From IMG/VR virus record IMGVR_UViG_3300025093_000011, positions 32,001-96,000 of that record: DNA of 64,000 nt. One strand, written 5' to 3'. Position 1 is the first letter of the stretch; every line of letters starts with the position of its first letter. The position numbers and the translations under genes were made by a program. This stretch comes from a virus. Under the pieces are notes generated by a model that did no database searches, was not told where the DNA came from, and was given only the letters and a program-made list of their open reading frames with translations. Shown here one piece after another: positions 21,701 through 29,513 of the stretch.

Positions 21701-23721
21701 TTCAAGATAAATACAGAACACAATATCCAAACATACTTCCTGCATCAGGAGATATAAGTAGAGATCAAGCTAGACAGTTTTTACTATCTGATCAATTTAG
21801 ATATGGAGACATGCAACAGTTTCCTTTAGATGTTCAAAGAAGATTACTTGATTACAGTTTTAACACTGGTAGAAACTTTGAAGATCTTTTACTTTTAGAT
21901 GCAGGTCTTACAGATATGGCTACAGTAGATAGTTCTGATCCAGCTGACATAGCTAAATTAAAAGAACTTTATACTGAAAATCAAGCAGATATATTAGCTA
22001 AGATGGGAGAAGAAGGTTATGCATCTCATTTAGATAAAAGTAAACATGATGTTTATAAAAGTTTAAATACAAGAAGAGGTTATGGCAGTGATCCTTCTAG
22101 CTATACTTATAAAGATAGTCCTTATGCAAGAACGTGGAGTCCTAGAATTGACATGTGGCAAGACTTTAAATTAAATGAAAAAGGTGAAGTTGTAGATCAA
22201 AATACAAATGAAGTTGTTGTAGATAAAGATGGTAATCAAACTACTACAACTACTACAACTACTAAAAAAAGAATGAGACCACAAGTAAGAGGATATAGAT
22301 ATAATCCTACAGGTGGTGCATTCTTTACACAAGGTAATCCCCGATTTGATAGATATAATGCTTTTGGTAGAATAAATCCAGCCTTTGGAAAAAGACCTTC
22401 AATATTTAATACTCATACATACATGACACCTTTAAATGACTTTGCTAGAAACTTACCACCAGAAGCTCTTGCAAGTTTAATGAAGTCTGGTAAAGCTGGA
22501 GTAATAAAACGAGGCATGTTTAGAGGAAGAGATCCGGAAACAGGTCTAAGACTTCCTAAAAGAGAAGCTTATATACAGTGGGGTGATGGTGTAAATACAC
22601 CTGAGCAAACTATAAGAGATCCTAAAACTGGTGAGATTTTAAACCGTGCAGGACTTAGACAAACTATCAGAGGTATCAAAGATGGCAACTATGGTAGAAA
22701 GGCTACAAGAAAAATGATACGTGGTGAAAGAAAAGCTTTTAGAGATGCTAGAAAAGCAAGAAGAAGAGGGTTTGGTGATGATTATAATTATAATGAAGAT
22801 TATACTCCAGAAATGGAAGAAGCAGCTAATGCAGAATGGGTTGAAAAGATGAATGCAGATAGAGATCGAAGATTAAATCCTGATGCAGGAGGAGATCAAA
22901 ATGCACCATACTATGATAAAAGAGGTGAAGATATGAATCCATTAAATAGATTTACAGAAGAAGAAGCAGGAGGTTATAGTAAAGATATGGGTTCTGATAA
23001 TATGAGATACGGTGGTTTCTTTAATCATGGTGGAACTCATCCTGATCAGCAACCTAATCCATATGGTAATACACCTATGGGACAGGGACTTAATACTATG
23101 ATGAATATGTTTGGTAATAACAATAACATGCAGACTCAACTTCAATCATCTGCAAACTTTCAAGCAAATCCTCAGTTTACTCCTCAAAATACAGGAGCTA
23201 GTCCTCAGACAGGTGGTTCTAATTTCTCTTATTCAGCTGCTGCACCTCCAATGATAGATGAAAATAATAATGGAATACCTGATACTATAGAAAGACCTAG
23301 TGATGAACAACCAATGATAGGTCCTCAAAATAAACCTAAAGAAACTAAAGGAGGAAAAGCAAGATTTGCTATAGATAATGCTTATGATATTAATCTTTCA
23401 GAAACTGCTAATATGGGTAAAGATCTTTCTTATGATGTTATAAAGTTTGCTAACACTCTTGGAAGTTCTTCGGGAGAGAAAGATAGATTCAATTTAGGTT
23501 TAGATGATTCTATAAATTATGGTGAAGATTTAGGATTAAAGAAAGTTAATACTCAAGGTAAAGATCAAGTATACCAAGATAACCGTGCAGATGTACAATA
23601 TGTTTCAGCAAAGTATGGAGGTGACGTAAGTAATATGTATGAGGAAGGTGAAGAATATGATTTAACTTTAGAAGAGCTTGCTGAAATTTTAGCAAATGGA
23701 GGTAATGTAGAATTTTTATAA
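18754..23721 (+). CDS. Low-complexity virion cargo protein with GH108/lysozyme-like domain
   Basis: 1655 aa with Q/M/P-rich, E-rich, R-rich and KP-rich tracts. 'ALDYILDYEAAHG...LSNYGI...ISRDQARQF...LLDYSFNTG' (~21620-22160) resembles GH108-type muramidases. Confidence 0.55.
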   Translation: MAQKKKYRIYKAGGQHGRIINPTAKFLMKAEAGMQQPTPAEMIMMQEQQMGQQPMGAPSPEEMQMMQQAQGQPPMQGMPPQPSDEERMMMEAQQEMQELIMSVKEALEVGTSVEEIIEALQEDGHSSDKIKFALVESGISEEEANVLVSPDEVKTPDAPELDMEMKEEDVEVEEVPEETDRAFVKRRVKELKKAKEGLEANKDTEDGLDVKNTFRSNTFDIPEGGRKDLVSGFLSGINDSVQTHQFEQQAENELMQAKTGREMRQEMRANRQALRERRRAGRQARRYGLDPFLFAEEGTFHGEKGPLGLGLRSFDITWKNATPMPYHFYDGITNPFFNGRGYYTNVAKKIIAPGEELIQSEIQAEGDSKNVDEGTTFTWDDVEKGKAPAKSESSNKQTHTRRQTNTTNYWQRRQNPASASISSVSNPSNDDLNTLGALFAMQKDIPGGEKDMLKFMELAQTNPKYINNVKKTVKGWNAVNKQQVTKTKITPTKVDEPGMPAWMQMGLSVAGATTLYKTAEWVFRSVKAGKPVKPSILKWLQSKGVTPPKPGTTQSFNSWLDSNKSSIKSKSKPAAKPTAKPKVKPTTPKPKVKAKAPSKWNKFLKGSKKVMKGAVKGMKGINPLMNLDMFIPDPEIMNMIMGRSSGRPSAQIGGFVDSTNPDLYKFIYGGDEAYSGIPQGEDINDPYIPFMKHGGPHNDQIRVVKETLSGRSPSYYHGWDQMPYALNEDGTLAFSAEDVAAANKAYFEEGDESRLGDAALKAYPHIGPHQQSMNVVYADANNPEAAFAAGDRFGDKELTTMYMSPASARNPVGSYDQQLQAWSMSQPRTNVVPDQVLYDNKSLDYFPGETKGEYYGRMGGPETVQYMIDKYDMNPEEMYNTNPLPSRFKDPSANIDPNTGKRGPEKYYDWDTGTWIEPYLEPRPVEEYPNIESYATGGQLDTYQGDEGGNQIPRISDQALDYILDYEAAHGSPHGLGLSNYGIQDKYRTQYPNILPASGDISRDQARQFLLSDQFRYGDMQQFPLDVQRRLLDYSFNTGRNFEDLLLLDAGLTDMATVDSSDPADIAKLKELYTENQADILAKMGEEGYASHLDKSKHDVYKSLNTRRGYGSDPSSYTYKDSPYARTWSPRIDMWQDFKLNEKGEVVDQNTNEVVVDKDGNQTTTTTTTTKKRMRPQVRGYRYNPTGGAFFTQGNPRFDRYNAFGRINPAFGKRPSIFNTHTYMTPLNDFARNLPPEALASLMKSGKAGVIKRGMFRGRDPETGLRLPKREAYIQWGDGVNTPEQTIRDPKTGEILNRAGLRQTIRGIKDGNYGRKATRKMIRGERKAFRDARKARRRGFGDDYNYNEDYTPEMEEAANAEWVEKMNADRDRRLNPDAGGDQNAPYYDKRGEDMNPLNRFTEEEAGGYSKDMGSDNMRYGGFFNHGGTHPDQQPNPYGNTPMGQGLNTMMNMFGNNNNMQTQLQSSANFQANPQFTPQNTGASPQTGGSNFSYSAAAPPMIDENNNGIPDTIERPSDEQPMIGPQNKPKETKGGKARFAIDNAYDINLSETANMGKDLSYDVIKFANTLGSSSGEKDRFNLGLDDSINYGEDLGLKKVNTQGKDQVYQDNRADVQYVSAKYGGDVSNMYEEGEEYDLTLEELAEILANGGNVEFL

Positions 23722-23729
23722 TATTAAAT

Positions 23730-26198
23730 ATGCGAGTTAGAATAACAAAAGTACCAAGTAAGAATAAATTAGAAAAAGCTGCATATGGTGGTCAAACTGC
23801 CACAGGTGCTTTGAATGTAAATCCTACATCTTATTTTGGTGGTGGACGTGATAAAAGTAATTTATCTCAAGCAAGAACAGGAAAAACACTTACATCAATT
23901 CCTAGAGATAAAGCTAATTTAGAAGCTGAAGGTGGAGAGACTGCATTTGGTCCTATATCAGGAGAAAGTATTCCAGATCATTATACTATAAAAGGTCCTA
24001 GACATAGTAATGGTGGAGTACCTTTAGATCTTCCGGATGATACATTTATCTTTAGTGACACTAAGTCAATGAAAATAACTGATCCAAGAATCTTAAAAAT
24101 GTTTGGGAAAAAAGCTAAGAAAGGAGGATACACTCCTGCTGAACTTGCTAAACCATATGACATAAATAAGTATAAGTCAATCTTAATGGATCCAGATTCT
24201 GATAGAAAAGAAAGAGAAACTGCTACATTAATGATCAAAAACTTTATTATAAAGCTTGGTGCTTTAGCTTTAGCTCAAGAATCTAAAAAAGGATTTCCCC
24301 AAGGTATTCCAGAAATGGCTAAACCTTACATGGAGTCAATAGGATTAAAAGAAGAAGATATATTACCACAGGAACAGGAAATGCAACCTGAACAAATGAT
24401 GGCTATGCAACAACAAGGTCCTCCTCCAGCTGCTCCTCCAGGTGCAATGGATCCTAACCAGATGGAAGAAGTATTGCAACAAGAACAGCAAATGATGCCA
24501 CCTCAGATGGAACAGCCTATGCCTATGGCTAGATATGGTGGAACACCTATGGCTGCTTATGGTATGCAACTAGGAGGATATGATATGCCTTTTATCATGG
24601 CTAATGGTGGTTATGCAGATATGTTACCATCTTATCAAGGAGACGAAGGTGGTAGTGAAGTAAGTAGTGAAGGTGGTATGTGTAGAGTTAAAATAGATTT
24701 TGGTGGTAAACAAAATCCAGATGAAGGAGGAGGAACTGCAATAAGTGATTTTGATCAAGGAACTAGAGGTTATGTAACAATGCCTTGTTCTAAAGCTCGT
24801 GAACTTAAAGCTGCTCAGAAACAATACTATGAAGAAAAACAAAAGCTTCTTGATGCAGAGTTTGATGTAAAGAAAGGTATACTAGATCCAGCTACAGGAG
24901 ATTATATTCCGTTTACTAGAAATCAAAGGAGAAGGGATCAAGCTAGAGTAACAGCAGGAGGAAAACAAACAGGTAATTATTTAGATCATGGATGGGGAGA
25001 TCCTGCAGGTAACTTAGGTAATAGTTTTTCAGTAGATCAAGTAAATGCAATTGCTCCAGATTTTTATGATAGTTTAAAATCTCTAGCTACTTTACATAAA
25101 GAATATGTTCCAGATCAAAAAATTCCTGATCTAAGAGGAGAAAGTGAAATAGCTAATGATCCAGATGGTAATACTATAACATCTTTAGAAAATGCATTTG
25201 GTCCTAGACAATTTAGTCTTAACTATGAAATGGGAGAAATTGAAGATAATGAGTGTGTTTGTAAACATCCTCAAACAGGAGAAGTGTTACATACATGGCC
25301 AAAACCTGCAGATGGAGATTGTAGTTCAGAAGGACAACCTAAATGTGTTGTACAAGAAGATGAGAATGTAGAAATATTAGAAGATGAAATACAAGAAGAA
25401 GGAGAAACACCTCAGTATTCAGATGCAGCATTAAGAAATATGATTGCTCAAAAAACATATGATACTAGTGTTGATTATATGACTTCTCAAAGAATAGATC
25501 CTAAAATGGGTAGACCTGCATTACAAGAGAGATATGATGCTGATATATTCTCAGCTCTTGCTAATCAAAACTTAGCAATAAATCAAGGTCCAGGTAGTGC
25601 ATCACAAAAATTAATTCAAAGTTTATCAATGATGGATAAAGGTTTGAATGCAACTGGTGGTAGAAATAAAGCAACTACAGATTACAATATAAATGTACTT
25701 AATACAGAAGGTGCTAGAAATAGGGCAAGGGAACAACAAGCAGCTGCTCAAAATGCACAACTGCAATTTAAAACAGATGCATATAATATAGGTCAAGGTG
25801 AAAAACAAAGAATTGCACAAAATGTAGTTAGACAAGCACAAGGTTTAGCATTAGCTGATGCAGAAAAAGAGTTAACACAAAAACTTATGTGGAATTATCA
25901 AAATCCAAATTTCCCAATAGGTTATAAAAAAGGGGATCCAGGATTTATACCATCTTATAAAGTTAACCCTTATAAAACTAAAGGTGATCAAGATATACTA
26001 AATGAATGTATGAGAACGTATGGTGCAGAAACTCAAGCATATAAAGATTGTGTAAAAATGAAAATGGATGCAAGAAATCCTAAGAATAAAAATAAAACTA
26101 CCAATACTAATACTACTACTGCTAATCAACAGCAGCCTCTTCTTAGAAATGGTGGTTATGTTTTAGCTAGTATGATGTATCCTTTTAATAACTATTAA
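23730..26198 (+). CDS. Virion cargo/core protein with conserved-looking N-terminal domain
   Basis: 822 aa. N-terminal 'ANLEAEGGE...KGPRHSNGGV...TFIFSD' resembles crAss-like internal virion proteins. Q/M/P linker and multiple xxYGG/xNGG motifs. Confidence 0.55.
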   Translation: MRVRITKVPSKNKLEKAAYGGQTATGALNVNPTSYFGGGRDKSNLSQARTGKTLTSIPRDKANLEAEGGETAFGPISGESIPDHYTIKGPRHSNGGVPLDLPDDTFIFSDTKSMKITDPRILKMFGKKAKKGGYTPAELAKPYDINKYKSILMDPDSDRKERETATLMIKNFIIKLGALALAQESKKGFPQGIPEMAKPYMESIGLKEEDILPQEQEMQPEQMMAMQQQGPPPAAPPGAMDPNQMEEVLQQEQQMMPPQMEQPMPMARYGGTPMAAYGMQLGGYDMPFIMANGGYADMLPSYQGDEGGSEVSSEGGMCRVKIDFGGKQNPDEGGGTAISDFDQGTRGYVTMPCSKARELKAAQKQYYEEKQKLLDAEFDVKKGILDPATGDYIPFTRNQRRRDQARVTAGGKQTGNYLDHGWGDPAGNLGNSFSVDQVNAIAPDFYDSLKSLATLHKEYVPDQKIPDLRGESEIANDPDGNTITSLENAFGPRQFSLNYEMGEIEDNECVCKHPQTGEVLHTWPKPADGDCSSEGQPKCVVQEDENVEILEDEIQEEGETPQYSDAALRNMIAQKTYDTSVDYMTSQRIDPKMGRPALQERYDADIFSALANQNLAINQGPGSASQKLIQSLSMMDKGLNATGGRNKATTDYNINVLNTEGARNRAREQQAAAQNAQLQFKTDAYNIGQGEKQRIAQNVVRQAQGLALADAEKELTQKLMWNYQNPNFPIGYKKGDPGFIPSYKVNPYKTKGDQDILNECMRTYGAETQAYKDCVKMKMDARNPKNKNKTTNTNTTTANQQQPLLRNGGYVLASMMYPFNNY

Positions 26199-26242
26199 AC
26201 TTAAAAGGTTTAATAAACTTATAAAATGTTAATATATTTATA
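26193..26242 (+). promoter_or_regulatory. Palindrome TAAAC-N7-GTTTA plus TATATT box (candidate operator/promoter), copy 2
   Basis: TATTAAAC-TTAAAAG-GTTTAATA at 26193-26215. TATATTTATA starts at 26233, 20 nt after GTTTA, the same spacing as copy 1. Confidence 0.55.
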
Positions 26243-26263
26243 ATTTAAAAAATATTTGATAAA

Positions 26264-29200
26264 ATGGCAAGATATCCACAAGGTGTAACCTCATTTGTTC
26301 CAAGTTATCAGGCTTATGAACCTGATTTTACTACTATGGGTAAAATGTTAAGCATTAGACAAAATCAGTATGACCAAAATTGGGATAGACTAAATCAGGT
26401 ATACGGTTCATTATTATATGGAAATACTACACATGAGCAAAGTCAGAAAGTAAAAGATCAATTAAAAAATGAAATTGATTTCAACTTAAGAAGAGTTGCA
26501 GGATTAGATCTTTCTAGAGAACAAAATGTACAACAGGCATTACAAGTTTTTCAACCATTTTATGAAAATAAAAATTTAATGTATGATATGGCAGCTACTA
26601 AAAATAGAGAGACTGCTATATCTAAAGGGATGGGTTATAAGAATGCAACTGATCCAAACTTAAAAGGTTTATGGTGGGCAGGAGGATTGCAAGCTATTGA
26701 AGAAAAAACTAAAGATTTTCAAGCAACTCCATATGATCAAATTAGAGAATCTGGATTTAATAATATATCATATACTCCATGGGTAGACATTAACGGTAGA
26801 GCTGAAGAAATAGCAAAAGACTTTGGTGATAGAGTTACTCCAAGCTTTAGTGCAGATGGTAAATGGGTTATTCATACTAAAAATGGTGAGCAACTAACTG
26901 AACCCTTACAAGAGTTATTTAGACTTAGATTAGGAAGTGACCCTGCTGTACAAGAGTTATATTCTACAAAGGCTTATTTAAAAAGAAAAAACTTTATGAA
27001 TGAGAGAGCTGGAGAATATGGAGGAGATCCTAAAGCAGCTGAGAAAGAATATCTTAAAGAACGTTATGATTTTTATAAACAAAGTGTAGAGAATAGAAAT
27101 AAATCTTTAAGAGAAAGAAAGTCTTATTATGATAATAATATTAACTTATTAAATCAAAGTATTAAGAATAATACTGCAACTGCAAATTCTGCAAGCACTC
27201 TTAGAGATTTAGAATTAAACAGACAAGTTCTACAAAATTCTTTAGATGAATCTGATCATGCATTAAAAATGGTTCAGGATGGTCAAAATATATTATCAGG
27301 ATCACAAGGTCAAAATACTCCTGATTATAAACAATTAGAAACTTTTGTTGATTCATTAGAAGCTAATCAACTTCTAGGAAATGATTTAGGATTGGCAGCA
27401 AGTACTTTTGCTAAAAGAAACTATGAACAAACTATAAAACAAAATCCTTATAAGGTTCAAGAAATAGCTTTTGCTAATAGTAAGGCATTGAAAAAAATGC
27501 AGTTTGAGCATGATGAAAACCAAAGGAGGTTAAAAAATAATGATGCTTTAACACAAGCATATTATAAGAATTTGGTAGAGGTGCAAAAAACACATCAATA
27601 CTATATGGATGAAAATGGAGCTATGAGTGTTGTTCCAATAAAGGGAGTTAATGAACCTTATAGTGTACAAGATCCTAACACTACTCCTCCATCAACAGAT
27701 TTTCAAGAAGCTGCTGCTGATTATAATACTAAAAAGTTTAGAGATGCAAGTCAATCTGTAAATGAAGGTATAGGATTATTAGCACCTTTAGGTCTTACTG
27801 AAGAACAACAAAAATCTATATTAGGTGATGGTTACACTTTTGAAACTTTTGATAAGTTACTACAAGAAACTCAAAAGAAAGGTGCTTCTAATGTTTGGGA
27901 TATGAAAAGACCTAATGGTGAATCTGTTGGAGACATATCATTTTTATTAGCTGATAAGCTTGAAAGGATGAGAGTTGCAATCTTTGAAAATAAAGATTAT
28001 AATGATTTAATAAGTAACAGAGAAACACAACCACGTCTAGATGAATTTGAAATAAAGGTTCAAGAAAACTTTTTGGATTTGCAGAACATGAATTCCAACT
28101 TAACTTGGATGAATAAAACTCATGCAGCAGTAGCAGAGCATGCATCTAAATCAACTAATCCTTCTGAACAAGCTTATGCATATGCCTATGATGATTTTGG
28201 AAATAAAGTAGGTGAAGAACAGTATATACAAAACTTAATAAATAGTAAAGCTATTAGTGCAGAAGCTATGGAAAAATTTAAAGATCTGGCACGAATGAGA
28301 GGCAGGCAAGATCTTATAGATGCTACATCTGAAATAGCTTGGGAGCAGGGACAGTATGGTATGTCTGTTGCAATGAAGTTTGGAAATCTTCTTGGAATAG
28401 GTACTATAACAGAAGAGGGTCCTGTTCAATGGGGAAAAAATATATTAAGTGTAATTACAGAAAATTGGGATTACCCGTCATATGAAGATGTTATAGAAGC
28501 CGGTGATGAACTGTGGAAAAATAATAATATAATAGGTAAAGATAGACCTATCTATTACGGAACATCAGTAGGAGAGGGGGGAGCAGGAGCTGCATCAAGA
28601 ACAACTTTTATGAATGTTATGCCTAATGGTACTAATTCATCTGTTTATAAATATACATATGGAGGAAATACTGTAAAGAGATCTATTTATGACAATGTAA
28701 ATCAAATGGACTTAGGTGATTCATCAAGATTTTTAATATCTCTAAATGGTGTAGGAAGAAGTGCTGGTGATAAAGTAAATAAAGATGATGCTACTTCAGA
28801 TAGAAATGCTGGAATGAGTGCTATTTCATTAATGCTAAACAATAGAGAAATGGCAAAATATGATGAGGATGCTTTAAGAGTTGGAGTATATGGAACTATA
28901 GGCTATGAAGGTAATAAATCAGCATACACTTTTAAACCCGGTAAAGAATTTATTGATGCTTATACAACCAAAGTTGATTCAGAGGGTAATGTGACTCAAG
29001 CAGGTTTATGGAGTGCAGAGCAGGGTCAGGCAATACTTACAAATGGTGTTTCTATAATAGGTGATCAAGATATGTTTGATTCAGATGTTTATGATAAATA
29101 TTATGGTAGCAGCATTGGTACTCATTTAAATACACAACAAATGAACGATCCTACAAAACCTGCAACATTAACTTACACACATGCTCCAGGATATACACAG

Positions 29201-29506
29201 ACTTTTACAAAAGTTCCTGTTTCAGATTCTTATGAGGTATCTTATACAATGCCTGTTTTTGATATACAACAATATTTATTATCTGGAACAATGCCTTCAA
29301 GAACAACTTATAATACACAAGCTGGTCAAGGTTCTCTTGATCAACAGTTTGCACAATTTCCAAGTCAGATGAAACAGTTTCAACAGTTTAATAATCAAAA
29401 TGCACAAGCAGTAAGAGGATTTAAAGATAATGGCTTTACAGATAAACAAATTATAGAACTCTGGAATAAGTCAGGTGGTAACTTTAGTGGTGTAAATAGA
29501 TATTAA
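26264..29506 (+). CDS. Virion cargo/ejection protein (coiled-coil rich, no Cys)
   Basis: 1080 aa, helical N-terminal half ('YEPDF...RQNQYD'). First gene after the intergenic element and immediately upstream of the RNAP cluster. Confidence 0.55.
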   Translation: MARYPQGVTSFVPSYQAYEPDFTTMGKMLSIRQNQYDQNWDRLNQVYGSLLYGNTTHEQSQKVKDQLKNEIDFNLRRVAGLDLSREQNVQQALQVFQPFYENKNLMYDMAATKNRETAISKGMGYKNATDPNLKGLWWAGGLQAIEEKTKDFQATPYDQIRESGFNNISYTPWVDINGRAEEIAKDFGDRVTPSFSADGKWVIHTKNGEQLTEPLQELFRLRLGSDPAVQELYSTKAYLKRKNFMNERAGEYGGDPKAAEKEYLKERYDFYKQSVENRNKSLRERKSYYDNNINLLNQSIKNNTATANSASTLRDLELNRQVLQNSLDESDHALKMVQDGQNILSGSQGQNTPDYKQLETFVDSLEANQLLGNDLGLAASTFAKRNYEQTIKQNPYKVQEIAFANSKALKKMQFEHDENQRRLKNNDALTQAYYKNLVEVQKTHQYYMDENGAMSVVPIKGVNEPYSVQDPNTTPPSTDFQEAAADYNTKKFRDASQSVNEGIGLLAPLGLTEEQQKSILGDGYTFETFDKLLQETQKKGASNVWDMKRPNGESVGDISFLLADKLERMRVAIFENKDYNDLISNRETQPRLDEFEIKVQENFLDLQNMNSNLTWMNKTHAAVAEHASKSTNPSEQAYAYAYDDFGNKVGEEQYIQNLINSKAISAEAMEKFKDLARMRGRQDLIDATSEIAWEQGQYGMSVAMKFGNLLGIGTITEEGPVQWGKNILSVITENWDYPSYEDVIEAGDELWKNNNIIGKDRPIYYGTSVGEGGAGAASRTTFMNVMPNGTNSSVYKYTYGGNTVKRSIYDNVNQMDLGDSSRFLISLNGVGRSAGDKVNKDDATSDRNAGMSAISLMLNNREMAKYDEDALRVGVYGTIGYEGNKSAYTFKPGKEFIDAYTTKVDSEGNVTQAGLWSAEQGQAILTNGVSIIGDQDMFDSDVYDKYYGSSIGTHLNTQQMNDPTKPATLTYTHAPGYTQTFTKVPVSDSYEVSYTMPVFDIQQYLLSGTMPSRTTYNTQAGQGSLDQQFAQFPSQMKQFQQFNNQNAQAVRGFKDNGFTDKQIIELWNKSGGNFSGVNRY

Positions 29507-29513
29507 TTAAGAT

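Noticed and set aside
18850-24560. Q/M/P-, KP- and T-rich tracts as DNA tandem repeats or diversity-generating targets
   Set aside because: Codons vary between units, so this is protein-level low complexity. No reverse transcriptase or template/variable repeat pair was seen.
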